Source: the human T2T-CHM13v2.0 reference genome, Homo sapiens
Reading direction: 5' to 3' (one strand)
Length of the DNA stretch: 64,000 nucleotides
Assembly: GCF_009914755.1 (NCBI RefSeq)
Contig: NC_060929.1
Numbering within the stretch: position 1 is the first letter of the stretch; every line of letters starts with the position of its first letter. The notes under the pieces were generated by a model that saw only the letters and a program-made list of their open reading frames with translations, was not told where the DNA came from and ran no database searches. A program made the translations under genes and the position numbers. Of the stretch, positions 35,927 through 51,502 are shown piece after piece.

Positions 35927-37177
35927 TTCCATTTTATAGAAAATATAATGCATCTTAAGAAAAAAAGAAACAAAAAGGAAAATAAAAAATACACAGATTG
36001 GGAAATACGAAACACATTTTTGTTGTTGTTTTGTTTTGTTTTTCTTCTACAGAAGTCATCGTTTACGTAAAAAATTCCAAAGAATCAACGCTTCCTTTAA
36101 ACCTATAGTATCCAAAATACATTGGTATTTGCAAAATAATAGGCAAATAGATCAAGGGGACAAAAGAGGTGGCCCAGAAATAGACCCACACCAATATAGT
36201 CAACTGATCTTTGACAGAAATGCAAGGCCAATTCAATGAAGAAAGGACAGTCATTTTTTTGAAAGGAACAACTAGACATGTACAGAAAAAAATTAATCTA
36301 GGCCCAGACCTCATATTGTTCACAATAATTAACTCAAAATGGATCCCAAATCAATTTGTGAACTGCAAATCTATAAAACTTCTAAAGTCAGCACACATAG
36401 GTGAAAATCTAGATGATGTTGAGTTTTTTGATGAGTTTTTAGGTACAATATCAAAAGCACAATCTATGAAGGAACAAAAAAGATAACTTAGAGCTCAGTA
36501 CAATTAAAATTTTCTGATCTGCAAAAAGATACTGTGAATGGAATGAAAGATGAGCCACAGACTGGGCGAAAATGTTTGCAAAACATATATTTGATAAAGG
36601 ACTGTTATTCTAAATATACAAAGAACACCTTATAATTCAATAATAAGAAACAAATGATCCAATCAAAAATGGGCAAAAAATCTGAACAGACACCTCATCA
36701 AACAATCTATACAAATGGCAAATAAACCTATGAAAAGGTGCCCAACATCATTTGTCATTAGCGAATTGCAAATTAACAGCAATGTGCTACACCTGCACAT
36801 GCATTACAATGGCTAAAATCCTCCAAACTGACTACACCAAATTCTGATGAAGATGCAGAGCAATAGGAATGTTTACTCATTGCTGATAAGAATGCAAAAT
36901 GGAACAGCCCCTTAGGAAACTTTACAAGTTTCTTTCAAAGCTAAAAATAGAGTTTTAACATATGTTCCAGCTATGCTACTCCTTAGATATTTACCAAAAT
37001 GAGTTGAAAATTTATGTCTGCACAAAAACTGCACTTGAGTGTTTATAGTAGCTTTATTCATAATTGCCTCAAACTGGAAGCAGCCAAGATGTCTTTCAAT
37101 AGGTGAATGGATAAACAAATTGTGGTACATCCTTATAATAGAATACTGTTGAACAATCAAAGAAATTATCAAGTTTT

Positions 37178-37500
37178 GGCCAGGCATGGTGGCTCACACT
37201 TGTAATCCCAGCACTTTGAGAGGCTGAGGAGGGTGAATTGCTTGGGCCTAGTAGTTTGAGACCAGCTAGGGCAAATGGCGAAATCTGATCTCTAGAAAAA
37301 ATGCAAAAAGTTAGCCAGGCCTGGTGGCACATGCCTGTAGTCCCAGCTACCTGGGAAGCTAAAGTGGGAGGATCACCTGAGCCTGAGAGGTTGAGGCTAC
37401 TGTGAGGTGTGATGTCACCTCTACCCTCAGTCTGGGCAACAGAGTGAAACCCTGTCTCAAAAACAAAAACAAAAACAAAAACAAAAAAAAAACAAAAAAA
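37178..37500 (+). mobile_element. AluJ
   Basis: Diverged dimer with AluJ-type 'gggaggatcacctgagcctg'. TSD-like 'agaaattatcaag' lies before it and after the Alu pair. Confidence 0.88.
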
Positions 37501-37509
37501 GAGAGTGGA

Positions 37510-37813
<304 letters not shown>

Positions 37814-40800
37814 AGAAGAGGTGAGAGAGAGAGAGAGAGAAAGAGAAATTATCAAGCCACAAAAAGACATGGAGGAACCTTAAATACATATTCCTAAATT
37901 TCCTAAGTGAAATAAGCCAGTCTGCAAAGGTTACACACTATATGATCCCAACTGTATGTATTCTAGAAAAGGAAAAGGTCAGTGATTGCTATGGGTTCAG
38001 GGGAAAGGAGAGGAATAAACAGGTGAAGCAGAGAGAGATTTTAGGGCTGTGAAGTTATTCTGTACTGTCCTCTGGATATGTGATCTTATGCATTCATCAA
38101 AACCCAGAGAGCTGTAAAATACAAATTGTGCACCCTAATGTTAACCCTGGACTTTAGTTAATTATAATGTATCAATAGTGGTTCATAAATTATGACAAAG
38201 GCGCCACACTAATGCAAGGTATTAATAGTAGTGGAGAGAGGGTATATGGAAACTTTCTGTACTATCTGCAGAATTTTTCTATAAATTTAAAACTACTCCA
38301 ACAAATAAAGTCTATTCATGAATTTCTTTAAAGAACTAGAATCACCAGTCCATGTTCACATGTTTCAAGAGACACTCCCATGTTTTGAAAGAGGCATTCC
38401 AGTGAGGTGCTGTACACATGAAAAATCTTCTACCTCTTCCTACGCTCTTACAGCACTCATGACAGTTACAAGAATTGTCATATTGTGCTTTCATTTCATA
38501 TCTGGTGGCCAGCAAGAACTCAGGAAACATATGTTAAAGACTGAAGGAAAAAAATGGCTGATTAAAGAATACAAAAAATAAATCTCATCAAAAGTCAGAT
38601 TGATTTACTTTTTATTTCCTTTGTGAAAACCAGGCTTGTCTTCTGTCCATGTACTTGATGCTACAGTTATAACAAATTAGTCATAATTTCATATTCATGC
38701 CCTTATTACTTTCTGAATATTCCCTTTTCTGCCTTCTTGTCTGACCTGTATAGTTTCTCTTCTCTCAATCTCACCTCAAATATCAGTTTTATTACTAAGG
38801 CACCCTGCCCTGGTGCTTTCACAACATAATAGTTCCAAGTTCTACCAAATCTTTTTAGCGTTACATTGTAATTATTTTAATGTCTCTTACTCCTATAGGA
38901 GTGAGCAAATTGAGGCCAATAGAATGTTTTATTATGATATACCTATCCCTTTTCATAGTGCTTGATAGAATTCAAAATCAATTATTGGTACTGTGAATAA
39001 ACTAATGAATGCTGCTGCTTTGCATGAATCATGTCATAGAAAACCTCTGCCTACCCATATTAATAAAAGTAGTCAATTGCAAAGAAGCCTAAGGCAATAG
39101 GCTGGATTTGTAATGAAGTAAATAAGACATAATTGCTAGAAGGCAAAATTGTGTAATTGAATGTGCATGGATTTTATATTAAAAATTATCCCACTCTGGT
39201 TGCACAATTTGTACCTTATGACATTGAAAAGTGAATATAATTACTCCTTTTTTTCATACATTAGAATATCATCATTTTTGCTTGGTTGCTGTAAGACTGA
39301 GTAACCAAATGTAAAAGAATCTAAAATGCCTGGCACATAAGAAGCCTTCCAAAGATAATATTTCAAATCTTCTTATTTTTTATGGGAAAGATGGGAACCC
39401 TGAGGACTAATCTCAGCTATTCCAGTTACAAGTGTTTTGATCTTGAATTAATTATGTAAAAATCCACGATCTTTGGTTTTTATTTATAAAAGAATCATCA
39501 TGGCACTAAATGTTTATTATGGGGGTTAGATATCACACGTAAAGTTACTAGCAGAGTTCCTATTATACATAATAGCTCGACAAAGTATTAATCAGTTTAA
39601 CATGAAAAGATGTTAACAAAAATAACTTGTTAGGCTGTAGCCTAAAGACAGAATGATTGAGTCCATACCAGGTACCCTCAATTCTAAAGCGTGGTGCTAA
39701 TTCAGCTGATGAGGGTGCACTGGACTTTGTAGAGGTACTTCGGCTAGAGTCAGTCTGTCATCTATATTAAATATGTGAGTTGAGAGTGCTGAGGAGAAGA
39801 GGATTTTATTGCAGAGATTTTCATTGCAGTTGCACTATTGCCCAGTCCTTGAGAAGGGGAAATCTGGAATGAGTCCTTAATATCATGTATTGAGAGAGAG
39901 GCATTCAAGGAGACTGTCTGAAGAGGCTGACATGGGTGGCACTGGATATTGACAGATGCAGAGGAGCCATATGCGACTCCTAATTCGTAAGATTAAAGAC
40001 ATTTTCCCTTTCCTGGGGGCAGAATAAAGGGGAGGGGAGTATCATTAGGAATGCACTGTGCTTCCACTAAGAGATGGACAAAGTTTTGTGTCTTTCAACA
40101 GGCATCCCTTATGAGAGAAAGAGAGAGACAGATGGACTAATGCCAAGAGTAGAGCCTGGAGATAAAATGAACAAGAACCATGAGTACTGAGGAGCAATGT
40201 CACAAGGTGCTAGCCTAAAACATTGCTAGAAACAAAAAAACTTGGTCAAAGATTGTCTTTGCAGCATTCTCCAAGGAGTCTGTTTAAGTGTCAGCATTGG
40301 CTGCCTAGTTAATAAGAAAAGTAGTGACATCAATTTGTCATCATTTCTGCCAAGTCTTTGCTCTTTCTGTCAGGCCTACAAAATTGATAAGGCCTAAGTT
40401 GGATGAAAGTTTAAGATACTCAATACATTAGATTGAAATGGATTCCTTATTTTAGACTGCTATTTGTTTAAAGCCAACAAAAATAGAACATTTATGCAGT
40501 CATTGTAACTTGATAAATCTAAGGAGCCTATTTTTTATTTCACTCAGAAATATGCTAAGAGAAAATTAACAGTGCAGAAATAATAAAATTGATTACTAAA
40601 TTCAAAAACTATCATATTCATTTCCTTCAGTGAACCAATTATTTGTTAATGATGTATCATGGATATTTTAAGAGGTACATAAAACAATGAATGCTTCTTT
40701 TGAGTTATAGTCTTACAGAGAGAGTACTCATCAAGTCAACAAATATGTTTAATTCTTAATGTCTCAATATACTTCTACTGTACTTTTTACTAGACATCAT

Positions 40801-41137
40801 CAGTGTTTTGACAACATTGAGTGAGTTATGCAACTAGAATTATAAACCACATGGCAATGAAAGTAGACTCAGTCAACCATGACTGGCCAGATTGGCATCA
40901 AGAAAATTGTCATTACAATGAAATTTTGATTTTGAAAAGACAGAGAAAAATCAAGAAAAAAATGGGCAGAAGCGAGAAAAGAATATAAGTTTAGGTGGAT
41001 TTGAAAAAAATGTGGACCCTAGATAACATAAAATCTAAATGGCTTTAGAACTTCAATCAATACCCTTTACATCTTGTTATCTTGTCTGTACTGACATATT
41101 TCAGCTTTCTCAAGAATTGCATGTCCCTTGACAAGTA

Positions 41138-41223
41138 TGTGTGTGTGTGTGTGTGTGTAAACTACACAACAAACACACACATATATGTAGTTTATATATA
41201 TATACATACACACATATATATGA

Positions 41224-41256
<33 letters not shown>
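41138..41256. repeat. Compound (TG)n/(CA)n/(TA)n microsatellite
   Basis: Directly visible. Confidence 0.9.
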
Positions 41257-41258
<2 letters not shown>

Positions 41259-42757
41259 ACTCAAATGCCCTTTTGCTAGTTCTTCTTGTTGATGTTGAAG
41301 TTGGTGGTGGGTTGTGAGTGATGTTTGAGTTTTGACATTTTTTGTTATGATAAAGAAAAGTATCCATTCTAATGAGAGTAATTGATATCTGGATGTTATT
41401 TAGGGTCTTCCCATATCATAGGATTAACCAAGCAGCATCTGGTACTAGTGGCTATTTAGAAAAGTTAATCTGTTCCATAGGAAAAGAGGCACTCATTTTA
41501 AAACATGAGTCATGTAGCTATTCCTAGTCCTTTTATTTCCTTTTACAATCCAAAACACTGCTGGGACATGTCTCAGGAAAAGAATTATCATTGTCTATAA
41601 TTAGACATTTAATATACTGACTCATAAGAAGTGTTTGGACATCCAAGGCATCAATGAGTCAATTATATTTTTAATCTTTAAAACTGCTACTGAAACAGTG
41701 CTGCTGAGAGTCATTACTCTTGATTAATAGCAAAGCATACTTTTTAGAAGAAAAAGCCTGTATTTCTCTTTGATTTCTAACTGCACACACATGCTAATTG
41801 CCACGGAGAGTTTATTTAGCTGGACGTTTGGGACATGTGGGTTACATTTTTATAGCTACTTCAGACAGAAAATCTTTTCAGTATATTCTACACAGCTAGG
41901 CAACAAAGAGGAAGAGGGCAATTTACAACTGGAAGTTCTTCTAATCCTCCTTCATTAATTGTGCCTTAATGAAATGATATATCTTAGTGGAATCCATAAT
42001 AACAGTAATTTCTGTTCCCACAAGTAAGCCTTTCAGAATGAAATTATCACATTTTCTATATTCAGAAATTTGCCAAAATAAACTTTGGAAAACATGTGTG
42101 ACTCTGTACCATATTGTCTGCAGCCCCAAAACTGACAGCATTTGGCTTATATTGCATCATTCAAACCTCACTTGTATTGAAATGCTCTACTACTGAATTT
42201 GTAATAGCAAATGAGACTTGCAGAAAGCTTCATCCAGAGAGTCATGTTCTTCTGTAAACGTGATAATTGCCCTCATTTGACTACTGATTCATTTGGCTTT
42301 CCTATGGATAATTAAGAACCAAAGACCTGTGGTAATCACCTGACTGCATGGTATTCTGAACATTTGCAACATCCTGTTTAAAGCATACCAATTATATTAA
42401 TACACATTTTGCAAAAGCTTTGTTTAAATCAAAAAGTGCTTATTTTCTATTTACACTTGAAAGTTGAAGATAGCTACTATATTGTTCCTTGGTCAAGTAT
42501 TATAATCAGTCATAATGTGATATAGTTTTAATTAATTAACAACTTAATTCTGACCCATTTTATTATAATATATGTGGAAATTTCCTCTAGATCCTTGTGT
42601 CAAAAATACAGAATTTCAGATATACATCTGTATTTTGATATATTACCAAGAAGCTTTTATTTTATATTAGATGTTTGTTTTAGATGACTGCCTGAAGAAA
42701 AAGAAAGGAATACTTTGTTCATAAATGATGAAATGACCAAATGAATCAATTGTATAG

Positions 42758-43075
<318 letters not shown>

Positions 43076-46000
43076 GGCAACATTATTTTTCAAAGATATT
43101 CTGTTTGTTTAGTTAGTTAAATCCATTTTGATAATGTTTTAATTTTCATTTATGTTGGAATAATTCAACATTACCTAAAATTGAATTGTATTAATATTTT
43201 GCATTTGCATGAAACAATATTTACAGACATCAGCATTTTACTCTATCCATAAATTAATAATATTACATTCATCCAAAAAGTTGAATATTTTTTATAGGAA
43301 GGTAAATAGGGCAAAGGGAACAAAACGATTATTTGATAAACATGATTCAAGCTCTTAACTTCCTTGCCAAAAGAATTCTGATTTATTTCAGCGCTTTTCA
43401 GACATACCAAGAGCAACAGAGAGCTCAGGAATAATAGTTTCCTTCAATAGGTCCAAGGATACACTATGATGAGTCTCAGTCAATTGCAGTAATTCCATTT
43501 CCAGTTATCTGTTATTTGATAAGGATTAGGAAATGACAAATTCTAGTGACTCAGACGTCAGAAGACATGTGATGTGGGGCTTCTGGGAAAGATAACATTT
43601 GCATATTTAAGTAAAAGTAGAAAAACAAAAAGAAAACCACTTAATTCCTTTGAACGTATGGATGCTGTCACATGAAGACTTGGCACTTTGGCAAGTCTGT
43701 TGGGACAACTTTGTGAACCAAAAGCAATAACAGAAAATTACATTCTTCAATTGCTGAGCTAATGAATCAATGATTCTGGAACTGCCTCCTTCCAGAACTT
43801 TTATTCAGTGAAATAATCAACAACCTTAATGATGAAAATATTTTTAGTAGAATATTCTGTTTTTTTGCAGGAAAACATGATAAACATATTGTAAGAGATA
43901 TGTGATAAGCACGTTGTAAGAGACACAAAAATTTAGACACAGTCTCTGACTTATAGACAGACTCCTCTGAAGATGCTCCTACCCTGAGCCCCTGAGAGGA
44001 AGCTATGATTTATCTGAATGATATATATTGGGAAAATATAACAATGTGATCAACTTCATCTTTTTCCTCTTGGAAACAAGGTGCCACAGAATGAGTATGT
44101 CCCTGTCCATCCTGCAACTGGGTGGGTGGGTCTGCCTAATCCTGAGTTTTGGGTGAGGAAGTGCTTTTAGGCTCTGTCTTCCAATTCTGCCCATCAGTGA
44201 TAAAGTAGATATTTTGGTCTTCATCTACCAATCCTACTTTTGTCTCTCAATTAGTTCAGAACCTAAGTGGGAAGTAGGAGTGTTTTAATCAGTACCTCCT
44301 CAGCGGCAACAATGGGTTGAGTGAGTGATTAAAATTGAAAATAGACTTATTTCATTGAATGTTTTGCAGTCCACTTTGAACATACACGTGGATTTCTTAA
44401 GGGATGGCACTTTCAAGGCAAGAGAGTTTCTCCCCAATATCAAGTCCTCAACCCAAGTTCAGGTGTGAAAACAGATTCCACAAGTTTATCTGGCTTGCTA
44501 CCTCAGATTCATTTTTGTCTCTTCTCTCTCTGCATTACAAACTTATATCTCTTTTATCTGTAGAATTTTCTTTGAGAATTTTTTCTTCAGTGCCACCTCA
44601 ACTACTTTTGTCTAACTGTATTATCTAAACCACTACAGCTAGCTCCCCTATCCATAAAACTTAACAATAATAAAATAGAAAATCTTGGATTCAGATTCAT
44701 AAGAAGTGGCTACTAATCATTATTAGATCAATAAAAAGTTGTATGACTTTGACTGTCCAAGCTCACAGTTTTTTTTTGCCTTAAATACTATACCACCTCC
44801 TAATTCTAACCTACATTTTGTGCAAACTGTGCCCTGCATAGAATACTTTCACATTACCTGCTACACTTTAATGGAATTTTGTGTTAATGAAATTTAAGGC
44901 CCTTCAGGATCTACATCACATTTTATTTGACTTTGTATTTCTAGCATCTTTCACAGTGTTTAACCTACAATAAGTGTTCAACAAATAGTTATTGAATTAA
45001 TGTATAAAATTTTAATCTTTATTTGTCTCACATACCCGTCAATAAAAATAAAATATCAATATCTGTTCTATTTACTGTTAATGATACATTTGCAATTACA
45101 TGGCAAAAGTAAAGTGGACAAAGATAAAGCCATCAGAATTGGGGATAAAATTTCTAATATGAGAAAGGGATTTTATATATATGCATTATCCTTTGGCTGT
45201 TTCTATGATCTTTTGTGTTTCTTAAACAGCATGCCAAATATCAAGTAGGATATTGAGCTGAAGGAAAGAACACAGGATAAGGCCAAAATAAGCCTATCAC
45301 AAATATGTCATTAGTGCCAAAGTTTAGATCCAGCAGAAATCTCATTTTTTTTAATTCTAAGTTTTACCATATCTCAAAAATCCTGATAGGATTGCATAGC
45401 GTAGGGTTGATGGATCTCAATATGTTCATGTTCCCATGGTGATTCTGATGTGCAGCAAGGCCCAGCACTACTCTTTCTGTCAAATGAATACTCACCTTTT
45501 TAATTTGGTACATTTCAAGCAAACAGGAAATGATAGAGTTCTAAGTCCCAATAAAGACAACTTAATTACAAATACATTATTCTTCGAAATCAGCAGTATT
45601 GGTAGGTAGAAGAATTGGAATTTTTAAAAATCGTAATTGGTTCTTTTTCATAGTCACAATTCCCATTCTGCTAACAGGGTTGCTATGAGGATCCCATGAG
45701 ATAATTTGAAAGTACTTTTTAAAATTATGAACTGCTATTGCTGCTGTTTTGCTATTTTGAAATAATGCTTCTAGTCTGATTATATTTCATCATTCAATGT
45801 CTCCTTCCCATAATGGCAAAGAGCTGAAGACTAGACAATTTTTTTTTTTCAGAAGGACCCAGCATTCTGGAAGCCCCACCCTTTCAGGTCAAGTACCTGG
45901 GGACTGTGACTTTGACTCTATGAGCTTCACTTTTCCTATCTATACGAGAACTATAAAACCAATCACATCTCATTATTAGATGATATAACACATTTAAACT

Positions 46001-46319
46001 GCTTACCCCAATGCCTGATACATAACAGTAAGTACACATAATTAGTATAGAATATTAACAAAAAAAGTTGACAATGATGAATTCTTGCTTGTATATGTTC
46101 TTAAATCCCCTTGCCCACTTTACCTATCCAAATCCATCTCTTAAAAATTCCCAAGAGGAATCTTAACTTTTAGCCTGTCCAGTTTTCTCATCAGCTGTCA
46201 TAATGGTCACTTTCATTTGGACATTAATCTTTTAATATTTTAAGCTGTTTTGTTTGCTACTACATGAAATTAACAGCCAAGCGCTATGATATCTATATGC
46301 TAAATATTTAATTATTTTC

Positions 46320-46900
46320 TTCATTTATTAATGTATCAATTTTTTATTGAATGCCTATTATGGTTCAGATGGCTCAGTCTGTGAAAAGCACTAGAAATAA
46401 AACAGTTGATAAATAGGTATTATAGGTTTTCTCAACTTAATGTGGGAAAAATAATTATACCATAAAAATCACAAAAAAAGCTAAGACAGAAAGAAGAAAT
46501 TTGAAGAAGTGTAAACTATTGTCATGTGTGTGAGTAGGTGGGAGGGTTCTTATGTTATTGGTCAATATGGCATGCAAGTCCCAGTACAATAGTCAGAAAC
46601 AGGCATCTGGAGAACTGAATAGATAGAGAGAATCTGTTACACAAAGAAAATGGTACTTTCAATAAAGAGAAAAGAACATGCAAAAATTGAGTTATGGCAT
46701 CAATTTGTGACTGAAGGCATAAACACAATAGAAGAAGTCCACCATGGGCAGACAAGAAGTGGAGCTGCAGAGACGGGCAGGGAGGAGCAAGACTATGCTG
46801 AATATGAAATAGTTACAATATCTTTGGAAGTTAAATGGGAAACTCTTGTGAAGTTTTAAGTATTGCAGGGACCAGTTTGGAGGACGTTGCATTAATCCAG
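46320..46900 (-). mobile_element. L2 LINE fragment (degraded)
   Basis: 'ttttattgaatgcctattatg...gcactagaaataaaacagttgataaa' is a typical reverse L2 3' end. Confidence 0.45.
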
Positions 46901-47061
46901 ATGAGACACAGAGATGGTGCAAAAATCCTATAGGTATTGGTATACCTGGTGATCTGATCTTTGACCCTCTGAATATTTCCAATAGCACATTTGAAATAAT
47001 GGTTGTCCAAAACTTATATTTTGTATTGAAAAATGCTATAATAAATTTGTTTTTCCAGGTT

Positions 47062-47438
47062 TTTATAGATGGGATGCTTGTGTTCCCACAAAATTCCTAC
47101 CTTGAAGCCCCAATTCTCAGTCAGACTGTTATTTTGAGATAGGACCTCTATGAAAGTAATTAAGGCTAAATGAAGGTATAAGGGTACAGCCCTACTTCAA
47201 TAGGATTAATGTCCTTGTAGAAAGAAATAAGAGGCCAGGAATATCTTTCTCTTGGTGTGCACAAAAAAGAAAGGCCATGTCAGAACACAGGAATAAGGCA
47301 GCCATCTGTAAGTCAGGAAGTGGACCCTCACTAAAACCCAACCATCCTGACACTTTGATTTTGGACTTCCAACCACCAGAACTGTGAGAACATATATTTC
47401 TGTTGTTTTTATCACAGCAACCCCAGCAGACTGAGACA
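47062..47438 (+). mobile_element. MLT1A-like MaLR solo LTR
   Basis: 'aaggcagccatctgtaagtcaggaag...ttggacttccaaccaccagaactgtgagaa...cagactgagaca'. Confidence 0.8.
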
Positions 47439-47946
47439 CAGATAATCCCCAAAACATATGATTGTGCAAACGTCTAGGCACAGCCTGTAGACTACTCTGC
47501 ATACTTAGTTCTACTGTCTTCCCGATTGGAATCAGTCTCATATTTGTGATCATTAAGTATGTTGCTTAGCATACCTATAATATTCCCTACCTCAAGGAAA
47601 TGTGAAAATATATCCTAAGAACTTGCAAAAGTTAGTGAAGAAACTTGGTGAGATACAGAGTCATAGGAAGGCTCAAACATTAGGAATATTTTGAACAACA
47701 TAAAATGTGTTTACCTGAGGTTAAGTTTAAGGGCCGAAGTTTGGAGGTGCACATCTAATCTACCATGCATGCAGTACTTTCTGGTGTTGATAGAAAGGAA
47801 AGTTTGAAAATATTTAATACAGAATAGTGAATATTTGGATATTTTAAGCTGTTTTCCTGATATTTAGGCAAAATAGGATTGGGTCGTTGGATGAGTTGGC
47901 ATTGCATTACTCTTTCCCTCTGTCAATGGAATGGAATGGAATATAA

Positions 47947-48310
<364 letters not shown>

Positions 48311-48576
48311 CTATTCAACTTCAACTTTTTCAAGGATGTTTTTGACATGTAATTAGGGAAGCCTGTATTTTGGAAATAGGTTATTAAAGACTCTCTGATA
48401 GAATATATATTTAGCCAAAGAGAGTCATTAAGAGACTTTTGGAATTTCCTTTTATGTGTGTGTTTAATATTCTATTTAGATTGAACAAACAGATAATGGT
48501 GCCATTTGCTAAAATTCATATTTCTGAAGAAAAAATAGTTTGGTGGGTGGTTGAGTATCATTTCATTGTGCATCAT

Positions 48577-51099
48577 TAACGTGGTTGGTATATATGTCCC
48601 CTCCAATTTTTATATTGAAATGTAATTCACAATATTGGAGGTGGGGCCTGATGGAAGGTGGGACCTGGTGGAGGGTGGGGCCTGGTGGAAGGTGATTGTG
48701 TCATAAGGTTAGATCCTTCATGAATGGTTTAGCACCATCCCCTTGGTGATAAGTGAGTTCTTTTTCAGTTAGTTCATGTGAGATCTGGTTGTTTAAAACA
48801 GTCTGGGACCTTCCCCGTCTCTCTCTTGTGCTCTCACTCTCACTATGTCACACACTTGCTCCCTCTTTCCCTTCCACCATGGTTATAAGCTTCCTGAGCC
48901 CTCACCAGGAACAAATCCCAGCTGCATACTTCCTGTACAGCCTACAGAATCAGGAGCCAAATTAAAACTCTTTTCTGTATAAATTACCCAGTCTTAAGTA
49001 TTTCTTTCTCTGACACACAAGAACAAACTAATACTAAAAATTGGTACTGAGAAGTGGGGCATTGCTTTAAAGATACCTGAAAATGTGGAAGCAGCTTTGG
49101 AACTGGGTAATGAGCAAAGGTTGGAAGAGTCTGGAGGGTTCAGGGGAAGACAGGAAGATGAGGGAAAGTTTGGAACATCTTAGAGACTTGCTAAGTGGTT
49201 GTGACCAAAATGCTGATAGAAATATAGACAGTGAAGGCCGAGCTGACACCGTCTCAGGTGGAAGTGAGGAAGTTATTGGAAAACTGGAGGAAGGTCACCT
49301 GTATTGTGTCCTAGCAAAGAATTTGGCTGCATTGTGTTCATGATCTAGGAATCTGTGGGAGTTTGAACTTAAAAATGATGACCTAGGGTATCTTATAGAA
49401 GAAATTTCTAAGCAGTAAAGTGTTCCAAAGGAAGCCTGGCTGCTTCTAACAGCCTATGACCAAATAAAGAAGCAAAGGGATGACTTAAAGTTGGAACTTA
49501 TATTTAAAAAGAAAGCAGAGTCAAAAAATTGAAAAATTCACAGCCTAGCCATGTGGCACAGAAAGAAAATACTTTTTCTGGGAGATGAATCCAAGCAGAC
49601 TGTGAGCAACCACTTGCTAGAGCTATTAGTACGATTAAAAGAAAGCCACATGCTAATATCCAAAACAATGGGGAAAAGGCTTCAAAGGCATTTCAGGAAA
49701 CTCTGAAGCAGCCCCTCTCATCTCAGGCCCAGAGGCCTAGGAGAACAGAATTTAAGGGCCAGGCCTGCGACACTGCTTGCTGACCTGCTTAGCCTCAGAA
49801 CACTGTTCTTTATATCCTGGCCATTCCAGCTCCAGCCTTGGCTCAAAGGAGCCCATGTACAGCTCAGATTGCTGCTCCAGAGGTCCAAGTCATAAGTCTT
49901 GAAGATTTTCACGTGGTGTTAAGTCTGAAGGTGCATAAAATGCAAGAGTGAATGAGGCTTGGCAGCTTCCACCTAGATTTCAGAGGATGTATGAGAAAGC
50001 CTAGGTACTCAGGCAGAAGTCTACCACAGGGGTGGACCCCAAACTAAAAACCTCTTCCAGGACAGTGGAGAAGGCAAATGTGGGGTTGGAACCATCACAA
50101 AGAGTCTTCAGCAGGGCGCTGCCTAGTGGAACTGTGGGAAGAAGGCCATTGTCCTCCAGACATCAGAATTGTAAAGCCAAGGGCAACTTACATGTAGAGC
50201 CTGGAAGAGTTGCAGGCACTCAACTCCAAGTCATGACAGCCGCCATGGGGGCTGCACTCTGCAAAACCATAGGGGTGGAGCTGTCTAAGACCTTGGGAGC
50301 CCACTCTTCTCACCAGGGTACCAAAGATTCAGAACAAGGAGCCAAGGGAGATGATGTTGAAGCTTTAAGGTTTAGTATCTGCCCCACTGGGTTTTAGACC
50401 TCTGTGGGGCCAATTGCTCCTTTCTTTTGGCTGACATTTCCCTTTTGCAGTAGGAATGTTTGCAGTAGTAATGCCTGTAGCACAATTGTATCTTGGGAGT
50501 AAATAACTTATTTTTGAATTTATAGGAGGAACACACTCACCTCAAGATCAGACTTTGGACTTTGAACTTTTAAGTTAATGCTGGAACAATAGACTTTGGG
50601 GGACTATTGCAAAGGCATGATTCTATTTTGAAATGTGAGAAATACATGAGATTTGGGGGGCCAGGGGCAGAATGATATGGTTTGGATGTTTGTGCCCTCC
50701 ATATTTCATGTTGAAATGTGATTCCCAATGTTAAAGGTGGAGCCTGGTGGGAGGTAATTGAATTATGGGGGTAGGTGTTTAAAGAATGATTTGACACCAT
50801 ACTCTTGGTGATAAGTGAGTTCTCAGTCAGTTAGTTCACATGAGATCTGATTGTTTAAGAGTCTGGACCTCCCACTCCTCTCTCTCTCTTGCTCCTGCTC
50901 TCACCATGTGACATGCCTGTTCTTCCTTTGCTTTCCACCATGATTAAAAGCTTCCTGAGGCGCTCACCAGGAGCAGATGCAGTGCTGCGCTTTCTTTTTT
51001 TTACAGCCTGCTGAACCATGAGACAAGTAAACCTCTTTTCTTTTCAAATTACTCAGCCTCAGGTATTTCTTTATAGCAGCACAAGAACGGGCTGACAGA
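48577..51099 (+). mobile_element. Complete MST (MSTB-like) MaLR provirus: 5' LTR ~48577-49035, internal region, 3' LTR 50673-51099
   Basis: Two homologous LTRs. The internal region starts 'aaattggtactgagaagtggggcattgc'. A polypurine tract 'ggggggccaggggcagaa' precedes the 3' LTR. Near-TSD ATCAT/ATCCT. Confidence 0.9.
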
Positions 51100-51457
51100 A
51101 TCCTGTATCATTATATCATATGCATTTCTCTTTTTTTTCCATTGCCACTACCATTATTTAGGAATCTTGTATATATTATAGTTATAAACTACTATCATAG
51201 AGTTACAAACTCAAATGCTTTAAGACTCTAATCTTCAATTTTCATATCATGGTTTTTATGTCAGAAAGACAGTTGGATCACAGGTCTAAAGTTTAATAAT
51301 TCTGTGAATTGAGAAATCCATTTAACCTCATTGAAATCTAATTTCTTTCCATGAAGTAGAAGAATAATAACCACCGTGCAGAGTTGTGAGAAGAGAATGT
51401 ATTTGGATGTATGAATTCTAATATCTGACATATTTACAGAGTTTATTTCCATGGGGA

Positions 51458-51490
<33 letters not shown>

Positions 51491-51502
51491 CACACACACA
51501 CA
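51458..51502. repeat. (CA)n microsatellite
   Basis: Directly visible. Confidence 0.95.

Noticed and set aside
39640-40530. GC-balanced stretch as a possible exon
   Set aside because: It has no long ORF and looks more like a very old LTR. I could not assign it confidently, so it is not reported as a feature.
41138-41256. Quasi-palindromic TG/CA arrangement as a hairpin RNA
   Set aside because: It is explained by adjacent simple repeats.
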